In this document: positions 23,041 to 34,250 of the stretch, in pieces
How positions within the stretch are numbered: the stretch's first letter is position 1
Layout: the number at the start of each line of letters is the position of its first letter
NCBI RefSeq assembly: GCF_963676685.1
Contig: NC_092345.1
Span: forward strand, 52,514,001-52,578,000
Direction: 5' to 3'
Source of the DNA: Mytilus edulis
Taxonomy: Eukaryota
DNA: 64,000 bases
The notes under the pieces: model-generated
What the model saw: the letters and a program-made list of their open reading frames with translations, nothing else
Told to the model about the DNA's origin: nothing
The model's database searches: none
Program-made: the position numbers and the translations under genes

Positions 23041-24405
23041 TTATTTTCTTGGTCGTCTGTAGGGTGGACGGTCTCTATGGTTGGAATTGCCTTGTTCTCT
23101 TCCATTATCATGTTTATAAAAACTACTACGCCTTGATTGCTTAATGTCCAATAACGAGTCAATGGTCCATCTAAGATTACTGGCTAGGACAGCAATGCCA
23201 TCTTTAGATAAGTGATACTGATCCCTTGCTAAGAACTTGGGAACTGGTTTCCCTAAACGTGACAAGTTACCATTATCACAGAGGGTAACAGTATCATCCT
23301 CCATATATTCACATTTTAGCATTGCATTGACAAGTTCAACATTAGTTTGGTATTTTTTGTTATCTGCCCTTGGAGTAGCTAATGAAACTACAACTGAAGT
23401 GCTGGGCATTGACTCATGAATATGAGAAATTAAGTTTTTCATATGGCTTACACATACTGGTGCAGATTCCTTTAGGTCATTGGTTAGTGAATGCAGCACC
23501 AGCACATTTGGTGGATCTTTAATCTGGCTTATTGTTTTTTCAGTATCAGCCAATGTCATAGCCTCTCTTTTTTGCAGAGTGTAAGAGCTGGAGAATTTTT
23601 CCGGCTGGATACCTTTTGTGTTAGAGGTGCCTATAAGTAGGACTTGAGGTTTGTTCTGAGAAGCCTTTGTTTCAGTAGTGGAGTTGGAATTTTTAGGTTG
23701 AACTTGTGTCCAATTTTCATCTTTGTTATTGTGGATTTCATGATTGTTGTGTTGTTTAAATGAATATATAATTTCATCTTTCTTATCAAGATCAGTTTTG
23801 TGTTTTCGTACATCAGCCTCGAGTGCTTCAATTTGTTGATCTCTCGCTTGTATTCTACTGACCATACTCTCATTGGATTTACGTAAGCTTTCCACTACAA
23901 TAGAGCTTGAATTTTCAATATCAATCATGCTACCTTTTAAAACGTTGATAACAGATTTTAAACTTTCAATTTCAGTCATACTTTCATATCTAAGTTGCTG
24001 TAATGTGAATTTCAATTCTGCATTTTCTTTTTCTGTTATACTTAATTTACCACTTAAATCCTGGCTTTTGGAAAAAACTTGTTGAGTTGATGAGGCATCA
24101 GATTTCAAAAGAAGGTCTTTAATCTGTACATATGTATCATTTTGAGTTCTCATTGTGTCATTAACTGCTGTTAAATGTTCATTCAAAGAATGAGCGTGCT
24201 GTATATATAACTTTTCTATTGCAATAGTTACTTGATTTTCGAGATCATTAGTTGCGGTCTTCAACATGGATTCAAAGCTTTCACAAGAGTATTCATGTGA
24301 TTCTTTTACATTTTTTCCCTGTGGGTAGGATGTTTTAGAATTTGAGTCAAGTTTTGCCACATTCATCATGTTCGTATCATTTGTATTAATTGCTGACTGA
24401 ACCAC
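23041..24405 (-). CDS. LINE ORF1: coiled-coil + SGNH/GDSL esterase-like domain + basic tail
   Basis: A heptad-rich region is followed by SGNH blocks VLLIGTSN, HSLTNDL and DQYHL and an Arg-rich C-terminus. The tracked start is a GTG and the first ATG is at about 24370, so the N-terminus may be damaged. Confidence 0.85.
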   Translation of the reverse strand: MVQSAINTNDTNMMNVAKLDSNSKTSYPQGKNVKESHEYSCESFESMLKTATNDLENQVTIAIEKLYIQHAHSLNEHLTAVNDTMRTQNDTYVQIKDLLLKSDASSTQQVFSKSQDLSGKLSITEKENAELKFTLQQLRYESMTEIESLKSVINVLKGSMIDIENSSSIVVESLRKSNESMVSRIQARDQQIEALEADVRKHKTDLDKKDEIIYSFKQHNNHEIHNNKDENWTQVQPKNSNSTTETKASQNKPQVLLIGTSNTKGIQPEKFSSSYTLQKREAMTLADTEKTISQIKDPPNVLVLHSLTNDLKESAPVCVSHMKNLISHIHESMPSTSVVVSLATPRADNKKYQTNVELVNAMLKCEYMEDDTVTLCDNGNLSRLGKPVPKFLARDQYHLSKDGIAVLASNLRWTIDSLLDIKQSRRSSFYKHDNGREQGNSNHRDRPPYRRPRK

Positions 24406-25867
24406 AAATATATATATTTGGGGTATTTGGAGAATTTGGTGGTTTTGATTGAACCGTGGTTTCTCTGTTGGTTTGTTTGCCTTGTTTTTACTCGATGTGA
24501 ATTAGAGAAGGATTTTTACCTTAATAATATGACAATACTTTCCACTTTTGAAAAGTTTAATGATCCATCACTGCTGGTAAGTGTAGCTACAGTTTAATTT
24601 TCGCTATTTTCGCGGTAAGAATAGAAAAGCGAAAATAAAACGACCGCGAAAGAATCGGGGAAACTCTTTTATTACATTTACTTTTACAAGTTGTGAATTG
24701 GATGGAGAAGTATCTCTTTGACACTCATACCACATCTTCATATATCTACGCATATGAATAAAACATATATAGGACTACTGTGTAACACTGATTTTATAGA
24801 CGACACATATATAACTGAAATCATAACTGTATCTCTTAATGAAAAGCAGTGTTAGAAGTTATGAATTTAATTTGAATCTACTACACATATTAATCAGATC
24901 GATTAATTATCATTAATCCTGGGAGCATTTTATCTAATTCAATCCTAATTAGGTCTACTTTTCTGTATTGTGTATGTGTTTTTACTAGCAAACATGACAA
25001 ACTTGTAATCTACTTTAACATTAATGAACCGAAAACAAGAGATTTCTGATTGATTTTATCACTTGATTTAAGATATCACTTTCCAAATCATTTATGAAAA
25101 TATATATATGGGCCAGGGAAATCGCGAATTGAAAACGGCGCGAAATTGGATTGTGTTAGTAAATCGCGAAATAAAGACGACGCGAAAATTTCCCGGTTTA
25201 CAGTATCAAATCGGCAATTGTTAATTACCTCTTCATTCAAAACTATTCATTCTTACCACGAGAACAACTAAGCTTATGCACTGAAAATGTTGTAAAAATG
25301 TATGACAATGCTAAAGAACCGGCTGCTTGGCGAACGGTAACATAAAGCTATGGTGAAAGTCTACAAGAAGTGGCACCCCTCGATTGATGGTTGTGCTTAG
25401 ATGTGTTATTCTAAGCAAATTGATGAACGACTTGATATAAATTATCCTGTTGATCAACAATACTAGCCATTTTTTTAACACCTGAACTTTTACTTTTGTT
25501 TATGACCATGTGAAAGACCAGTGAAACAGGAGTGTAATTATAACCTCAAGGCAATATAAATGAATTAGTATGACTTTAGATATAGAATTGAAAAGTTTTT
25601 ATAGTGGGTATCAAGACTTTTTTATCACAATATCCATATGATAAATTAGTGTACAAATTATAAGTGAAATTATGCTTTATTTTGTACAAATTGTAATTTG
25701 TACAAGGCTTAGCACTTTTTGTACAAATTATAATTTGTACAAAGTCAAAATACAAAATTTAATTTGTACAATTTTTTTTAACTGATATGATAATGATAAC
25801 ATGTACACAACATATACATCCCTAGCTTAAACCAAAGGAGACACAAAATGCAGATTTGAGATATAAA

Positions 25868-26445
25868 TTATAAAAAAAGAAGATGTGGTATGATTGCCAA
25901 TGAGACAACTATCCACAAAAGACCAACATGACACAGACATTAACAACTACAGTTCACCGTACGGCCTTCAACAATGAGCAAAGCCCATACCGCATAGTCG
26001 GTAATAAAAGGCCCCGATAAGACAATGTAAAACAATTCAAACGAGAAAACTAACGACCTTATTTATGTAAAACAAATGAACGAAAAAAACAAATATGTAA
26101 CACATAAACAAACGACAACCACTGAATTACAGGATCCTGACTTGGGACAGGCTCATACATAAATGTTGTGGCGGGGTTAAACATGTTAGCGGGATCCCAA
26201 CCCTCCCCCTAACCTGGGACAGTACAACATAAGAACGAACTATAAAAATCAGTTGAAAAAGGCTTAACTCATCAGATGGACAAAAATACAAGTGGACGTG
26301 GCCCGGTACTTATACATCCCGACACCAAAAGACACAATGAACAGATCTGAGAGTACTCACAGTTATCTGACAGCTAGTTCAAAGCCACTAACAACTAATA
26401 AAAAATCATGCAACTAAGACTAAACTATCAATCCGTACACATCCA
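25868..26445 (+). repeat. Interspersed repeat, inverted near-identical copy of 11990..12645
   Basis: Direct sequence identity with the reverse complement of about 12055-12645. Confidence 0.85.
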
Positions 26446-26784
26446 GTATTCGCAGTTACTGTCAGATTTTTCAAAGTCAATACCAACTAATAAAAACATA
26501 TACCGGGGTATCTAAGACTAAAATATCATACATGTACCATGTCATTTCAAAGTAAATACCCCCCTCCCCCCAAATAAACATTCAGTTGGTTATAGACATA
26601 GGAAGTGTACACGTACATCACGTGAATAAGGTTCTGCTAGAGTTGCATTCAGTTCTGACAAAACAACCGTGGCACAGAAGAAAGAACGGACAAACAAACA
26701 GAGGGACGGATGAATGAACGTCTTTTTTAAAAATCAGGTGGTATTTCATGTATAATGTACAGTATACATACCATACATGTATGT

Positions 26785-27875
26785 CATGTTCTTTCCGTTT
26801 TTAGATGGTGACGTTCCCTTGTCACCATCTTACGGTGTTTATATATCTCAACTTGTACGATTCGCTCGTGTATGTAACAATGTTTTAGATTTTAACGAGA
26901 GAAATTTATGTATTACTGAAAAATTATTACACCAGGGTTTTCGATATCACAAACTAGTCAAAACATTTACTAAATTTTATCATAGGTATAAAGACATCAT
27001 TCGTAAATATAGCTCAACATGCATACTTCTAATACGTTCAGATATTTCACATCCAATTTTTTATGGTAATATTCTTTATAAAGCACAAAGGTGTCAGTAT
27101 TCACCTCAGAAACTTACAAAACCTTTGAATAGACTTATTAAGAAGGGATATAATTACGATACTGTTGTCAAGTCATTAAAGATTGCATATTTTGGCGTTA
27201 ATATTGAGTCACTGATAAGGTCTTTGCATCGGAACTAAACACATTATTTTTTAAAAACAGTTGTTGGCATGACACGGGTTATGTTCTACTCATATATGTT
27301 ATGATGGTATGATACTAAACCCCTAACGGGAAGGATTGTGCCTGATGTTCATATGATGAAATCATAATCTTTCAGTCAGTTTAATTGAAGTCTGGAGCTG
27401 GCATGTCAGTTAACTGCTAGTAGTCTGTTGTTATTTATGTATTGTTGTCATTTTGTTTATTTTCTTTGGTTACATCTTCTAACATCAGACTCGGATTTCT
27501 CTTGAACTGAATTTTAATGTGCGTATTGTTATGCGTTTACTTTACTACATTGGTTAGAGGTATAGGGGGAGGGTTGAGATCTCACAAACATGTTTAACCC
27601 CGCCGCATTTTTGCGCCTGTCCCAAGTCAGGAGCCTCTGGTGTTTGTTAGTCTTGTATTATTTTAATTTTAGTTTCTTGTGTACAATTTGGAAATTAGTA
27701 TGGCGTTCATTATCACTGGACTAGTATATATTTGTTTAGGGGCCAGCTGAAGGACGCCTCCGGGTGCGGCAATTTCTCGCTACATTGAAGACCTGTTGGT
27801 GACCCTCTGCTGTTGTTTTTTATTTGGTCGGATTGTTGTCTCTTTGACACATTCCCCATTTCCATTCTCAATTTC
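26785..27875 (+). mobile_element. Penelope-like retroelement 3' part (RT C-terminal remnant ORF 26777..27238 plus 3' region)
   Basis: FPFLDGDVPLSPSYGVYISQLVRFARVC...EKLLHQGFRYHKLVKTFTKFYHRY resembles the C-terminal region of Penelope-like RTs. It is highly similar to 15120..16250 and to an older fragment at about 9465-9825. Confidence 0.75.
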
Positions 27876-28076
27876 ATGTTCTTTTGTGAAGAAAAATTGT
27901 GAATGAATTGAATAGTGACAACGATTCAATACCAAATTACTTAATTGACATATAATAGTAAGATAGAGGCATTCTTGCCCTCTGATATGTTTAAACCCGC
28001 CACATTCTGTATGTATGTTCCTGTCCCAAGTCAGGAGCCCTGTTATTCAGTGGTATGTTGCTGTGTTACATATTTT

Positions 28077-28369
28077 TTATGCCACATTTATGCCACATTT
28101 ATGCCACATTTATGTTGTCTGGTATGTGCGTCTGTTCGTCCGTTTTCCGTCTGTCCCTTTTTAGGTTAAAATTTTGATTAAAGTTTTTGGTCGAGGTAAT
28201 TTTTGATGAAATCCGACCAACTTGAAACTTAGTAAACATGTTACCTATGATGTGATCTTTCTAATTTTAATGCCAAATTAGAGATTTTATCCCATTTTTA
28301 CGGTCCACTGACCATATAGAAAATGATAGTGCAGATGGGGCATCTGTGTACTTGGGACACATTCTTGTT
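28077..28369 (-). mobile_element. Helentron/HINE-like element, third copy of the 1107..1436 family
   Basis: Shared body GTTTTTGGTCGAGGTAA...CACGGTCCACTG...GGGACACATTCTTGTT, inserted within a copy of the interspersed repeat family. Confidence 0.7.
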
Positions 28370-29464
28370 TGTACATAAATTAGGCCGCTAGTTTTCTCGT
28401 TTGTATTGTTTTATATTTATCATTTCGGAAACTTTTATAGCTATGCGATATGAGTTTTGTTCTTTGTTGAAGGTCGTAAAGGGATCTATAGTAGTTGATT
28501 TCTGTGGTCTCTTGTGAAGTGTTGTCCCATTGGGAATCACACCACATCTTCTTGATATGCTTCAGGCACTTTTTTGTGATTCCACTGTTTATTCATTTGT
28601 GAGCACATACGAGAATTTATTCAGTGTTATTTTGAGTGGGTGTGGATCTTTAATCTAACAAGCCAATATATGCTTTCAGTTAAAGTATAGTTCTTTGCTT
28701 GTTTGATTTATTTGCAAAAAGGTACTTGACAAATGCCTTTAACCGGCACCTTCAAATAAAAAAAAACCCATTACAATCTTGCTAGATTCGTTCTAGAAAA
28801 ATCCTTAGTTTTAACTATATCTTGCGAGTTATTCATTGTACTATGCTTTCGAATTTTCACTCTGCATGATTGATCATAAATGAAAGCAATTGGGTAATAA
28901 CAAATTAAATAGTTGAAGAACAGAAATTATAGTGATTGAAAGATAAGAAAACAAAAACGGAATTACAAATTAAATAAATCAACGGCTTACAACAGAACAT
29001 ACACATCTAGAGATTTTCCAGATTGGTGAACAAGCAGCTGCTGCTCGGTATTTGGACAGTGTATTTTGCTCCGGACACGTAAAACTGTTGACGAGACGTA
29101 TTTTTTATATGTACATGTAGTGAACTACAACCGGAAAGCTGGAAAGGGACCACGACCAATTGAACATATCAGTAGTTGTATGTGACATTGGTGCGCCTTA
29201 TATTATAACAGGTTTATGAGCCGTTCATAATCATTTCAATGTTGTGGTCCACATCGACACGGTATATCGACACGGTATATTTGCAATATGTCATCAAAAC
29301 ATATACTTAGTATATGAATGTCTAGAAGACGAAAAAAGAAGACTACTGAGCAATGTAAAGAAATACTTTTATTACAATTTAAAAAAGATAATGATAGTTA
29401 TATAGCTTTTCTTAAACAATTTCTTTCATAAATGTTGTTATAAATACGTTCAGTTTAGTTTTTA

Positions 29465-30747
29465 TTAGACAAAGAGGCCATTATTAAACATAAAATCTCT
29501 TAATGAATTTCCAGTGGTATCTTCACCAACAAACGGGTTAACATTTTTACTACTATGATAGTTGTACTGATAATTCATTCCCTTTCTCAGCATGTCCCTT
29601 AAATCTGGCAGCCTCGTGTTTGGAAACATATTACTAGGATACATTCCGGGAAAAGATGGTTGAATTATTTCTGGCTTCAAAGTCAAATCTATCTTTTTAC
29701 CAGTTTTACAGTCACGTGTTTCGTCCGACTGTAGGACAAAAATTGGATCGCAACCGTCAGCAATTACTTTGCAGCCGACAGGTGCTAGATAAACTCCTGA
29801 GTTGATGCCGTATCTGCAAAATATAAAAATTGTCGTTAGAACTAATAGGTGTTGGATGTGTTTGAGGGATTGATAAGCACCCTGCCACGTCCGGTCCGTG
29901 TTTTTGGTAGACGTTTTTCTGCTTTGAATCGATCTGTGTTCTTATGTCGTGCAGTTTCATCACTTACTAAACGGTTCAATGGCAAAGATTGTTAACACAA
30001 GCAAATCCCCCCTTTTTTGCTCCCTTATAAAAAGCAAATAATTAGTCTACGTGTGTCATTTTGAGATAAGAAATGTCAATTCAAAAGCAATACAACTGTT
30101 TACGAAAAATACTTACCACTTAATGATTTTATATTGTATATGTGATTTCGGAATGGCACTTGGATGGACATTGAAAGCACTATTTTTTATGTAAATTTTA
30201 ATGTCGTCATTATACTGGTGTTATTACATGTAATTGCCATGCCTTTGACCCTCTTATGGGTGTAATTCGTGCTTTAATAAAGAACTATTTGCCCCGACCA
30301 CTGGCACTGGATGACTTGGGTATAAAATGTCCAGATAAAAGTAAAAAGTAATTAAACTTGCCCACAACAAGATAGTTGTCCGCTGTTTCTACATTTACAG
30401 TCCATACAATCTGCTGTTCTAAAACTGGATCCATCCAATATATCAAGTCCTTTGTATGAACATACCGGTATCAATCGTCCAGTCACTGGAAAAATAATAG
30501 TAACTCTTATTGAAATATGAAACAAAAATCTGAATAAACAATGCAGTTCTAAAGGAAATTTATCTTGTACTTTTTAAACAATAATTTTAAACATTCGTTG
30601 ATAGTTGCGGTATTTTTAAGAAGAGTTTAAAAAGCAGAAAAAAAATCTAAATTGAACTCTACCTGTTTTATCAACTCGACCAGAACTCTGATGGCAGAAA
30701 CCATTGACCAGTGGTAAAATCACGACCAGGAATATGAACGACTGCAT
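29465..30747 (-). CDS. Second secreted beta-microseminoprotein-like paralogue (3 exons, about 185 aa)
   Basis: Exons are 30747..30663 (MQSFIFLVVILPLVNG-FCH...), 30485..30362 and 29813..29465. Exon 1 and exon 2 lengths (85 and 124 nt) and phases match the first paralogue. The 10-Cys domain reads FCH...VCSYKGLDILDGSSFRTADCMDCKCRNSGQLSCCGYGINSGVYLAPVGCKVIADGCDPIFVLQSDETRDC. The intron 2 donor is GC (GG|GCAAGT). Confidence 0.85.
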
Positions 30748-30821
30748 GTTTACACTATTTTCCTATGTATGAAAGCTACACACAATATGACAGTTTATCA
30801 TATATCTCGGATAGAGTGTAA

Positions 30822-30829
30822 TATTTATA
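30822..30829 (-). promoter_or_regulatory. Candidate TATA box of the second beta-MSP-like gene
   Basis: TATAAATA on the minus strand about 75-80 nt upstream of the ATG at 30747. The AT-rich background lowers specificity. Confidence 0.35.
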
Positions 30830-32804
30830 GCTTTGTCGTGTTCTTTATGAAGATCATCATTTGTATGTTACTGAAATTGATTTGAAATAAACATAATTAA
30901 TCTTAAGTGTTCATAACAACAACATGCTGTTGGGTATACAAAATGTTTATTTTGATGATGACACAGCGAAGAAATGACGTTGCCTCTGGTCAGATAAACG
31001 CCTTAGTTGGAAGATATAACTACTGAACAAAAATATGACGAATGTTTTTGTCCAATAATTTAATAACACTATTTCACATATGCATTTGTCGCAATATACA
31101 AGAGAGGACAAAGGACATGAATAGATTCGTCAATTTCAACAAAGAAAAGTGATGAAAAATGCTTGTTTTCCATTTTCTCAAAAGTATATATAATTTCTTC
31201 TAGGCCTACACAAAAATGTTTTAAAAATTCTAAATAATTATATTATCTGGTATTCATGATGAGTTTAATATCATTCTCTTAAAAACATGAATAAATGTTT
31301 GCAACTTGGTAATCACACTTTGAATTACAAAATTGAAGAACTATCCAATGGTACAAGTTTTCAAGGTAAAACTACTTCAACTTAAATAAACTCGGAGTAT
31401 CCTTAACATTAATGAAGACAAAATTTGGACTCCTTACTCTATACCCACATCATATCTAATAAAGGTCCCATGTCTTAAGATATCAGTAAACCGATTTTAG
31501 CAATCATGGAATATTCAATCCCTCTTAATTTCCATTGTACAGTAAAGAAGGTATGGAACAATCATATTTCTTGCTATTGACAAAAACTCACGAAACAACA
31601 TATTGTTAGAAATGTTTGAAAAATTGAATATTCTATCAAACATTATGCCTACAGAAAAATGTATAACTGAAAAAAATGTGAATGAATTCAGTATCTTAAC
31701 AGTCTGAGGATTTTTGAAAATGCAAGAACTATAAAAAAAAAAGTTAAAATTAAAATTGATAAAATAAACCAACGCAAAGTTTGCTGCAAGGGCTATTAGA
31801 AGAAGGAAAAAACATGAAAATAATTTGGTTACAAAAGCAAAAATGATACAAATGTTGCATCAATGGTAATGTCAACATAAATTTAATGTATAACATGTAA
31901 TTTGATATTTTTTTAACAGGAATTACATTGCTCATGTAGCTATTACAAAATACAATGATTACCTATTATATATAATAGATGATTTGATATATAATTTCTC
32001 GTTTTTTGGTAAGTTCAACCAATCATGAATTGATTTTTTTTGCTCTAAATCCAAAGGCAAATGTGTAATCCATATTCAGGACGAGAACAAATGAACAATA
32101 GATTATATATATATCATGAAGGGTTTCTTCAAAGTGGTAGAGCTTAATAGGACAGCCATTTAGACTGACAATCAAAAATAATGTTGAAACGGGTAGATAT
32201 TTTACCTTCCATAACGCAACCTACAAAAATCTCATAGGGTCTTGGCAATGTTCCTTATCGTGCAGAGATAGGAACACTCTCCTTTCGCGTGATATCGGAT
32301 TTGTGGTCCCGATCCCGACCATGCGTGGCTAAATATGTTGCATCCGACACAGCTTAACAGTAACCCTCTTCAGCATGCTGCCATTGCATGTCTTATAAAA
32401 CTTCATATCATCTAAATAAAAAGAACCAGCTTTTCAATTAAAAGAACACAGCAATTACAACGGGTTTTTTTTTAGTATTTACAATTATCTAGATGCAATT
32501 CCATATATCCAATTTAATGGGTAAATCCTCAGTGTAAAATTATCCGTACCTAGTAGATGGAAGATTGAGTTATTTCCCTTAAAACGTATAATTGCAATGA
32601 AAGTTAGGTGTAGCTATCAATACTCAATATAAAAAGAGCCCCCTCCGACTCCCCTACAACCCCAAATCAAAAATATGGAGCTTCATACATGTATATTGTC
32701 AGTAGTAAGGCATAGAATTTTCATAAGCCTCACCTTTAACTTTGGTTGGTGCCCCCTCCCCTCCAAAATAAATAAATAAAATAGAATGGAATGGAATGGA
32801 ATGG

Positions 32805-33495
32805 AATGGTATATAGACAATATACTTACTTTAAATTGAGAAATCTTACCAAAAAAATATTTTTGATAATTGTGGTATGTCCAATATATGGAATGCACAG
32901 TTTTCTGATAAATGGGTGTCAAAATGTATTGAGCAAAAATTCAAAGATCAGTTTCAACAAGAATGCTTTGCATTTGTTGCAGAATCACCTAAAACTTTAT
33001 GCTATCGTATTTTTAAAAATAATTTTCAATTGGAAAAATATTTTTCTGTTTTACCTTACAAATTCATTTATACATTATGCAAATATAGATGTGGTAGTCA
33101 CCACTTGCCGATTGAGTCTGAAAGGTGGCAGGGTTTACAGAGAGAAGACAGAATCTGCCGTCTCTGTGACTCAAACGACATTGGTGACGAGTACCATTAT
33201 ATTATGAATTGTGGATCTTTTATGTTTGAAAGAAAGAAATTTTTACCTACATACTGCTGGTCTAACCCTAATATCTATAAGTTTGATCAACTGTTTAATT
33301 CATGTAATATTGTAATATTAGAAAAACTATGTAAATTTATCAAAGTTATAAATGTGAAAGTCAGTCCTCCAAGTTAATTTTATTGTATTGTTCACACATG
33401 CTTGTAAAAATTGTACCTTATCGTTATATTTATGTATGTTCTCTATAACTATGTAATTGTAGTTTTATAAGAAATAAAGTATATGTATATATATG
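32805..33495 (+). mobile_element. 5'-truncated LINE 3' end (ORF2 C-terminus), same broad group as the full-length LINE
   Basis: ORF 32877..33377 contains FQLEKY...CKYRCGSHHLPIESERW...RICRLCDSNDIGDEYHYIMNC, homologous to the C-terminus of ORF2 at 19292. It ends with AATAAA and a TA-rich tail, and a (GGAAT)n tract lies at the 5' junction. Confidence 0.85.
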
Positions 33496-34250
33496 CATGT
33501 ACAATACTAATTTGTCATGTAAAAAAAATTTACATAATTCTATAATATTAACATACATTTCACTTGGAAAATGATTGATTTAATATAATAGAAAAAGAAG
33601 ATTTGGTATGAATGCCAACGTGAAAATTCTTCATCAGAAACCAGATGACGTAGAAATTGCAACTATAAGTAAACGTACGGCCTTATATTGATGCATACTC
33701 GAAAACAATCAACAACAAAAATTGGAATACACATTAAATGAACTTTGTCTATTATTCGGAAGTGTATTTGCTTTTGAAAATTGAGGAATTGTAAAGTTTG
33801 GTATACTTAAATAGAAATGATCAGCTCGATTGTGTTCATTTGGAACAGATAGGTGAAAATAATTTGGCATTAAGTATTGTAACAGAAATCATTAAAACTA
33901 GACTAAATGTTTCACTTACTGATTTGCATTGTGAATAAACATGACATACGTGACCAATTCTTTTTTGAAGAATCATATCAAATTTCATATTTGTCTTTGG
34001 CAAATCACATTTAGTCATTTCATGTCTTAGTGCACACAGATATTTAATTGTTTTAACAACGATATAATAAATAAAAAAAAAATCTTTCCGCTAACTAATT
34101 TCCATTGTTTTCTGCTCTTGCAATATTTCAAATAATATGAGATATAATTAACACTAAGCATAAAAAGGGAATATCATTTTATTATTGGTTTATGGAATAA
34201 AGTCTAATATGCGATGTTTTCTATATAACATATAGCAGGAAAGGAGAAAT

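Larger units (their letters stand above)
17633..24585 (-). mobile_element. Near full-length non-LTR retrotransposon (LINE; esterase-ORF1 type, RTEX/CR1/L2-like)
   Basis: Two tandem minus-strand ORFs. The 3' end has AATAAA followed by a (TATTCT)n tail (+ strand (AGAATA)n at about 17635-17661). The 5' boundary is approximate and no TSD was identified. Confidence 0.85.

Noticed and set aside
24588-25204. CGCGAAA-rich segments ending TTTACAGTA as a complete MITE defining the LINE 5' end
   Set aside because: Only one convincing terminus is visible and no TSD pair was found, so I treated them as fragments.
31515-31935. Short AT-rich ORFs between the second beta-MSP-like gene and the membrane-protein gene
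   Set aside because: The composition is low-complexity F/I/N/K, with no motifs or splice-consistent partners.
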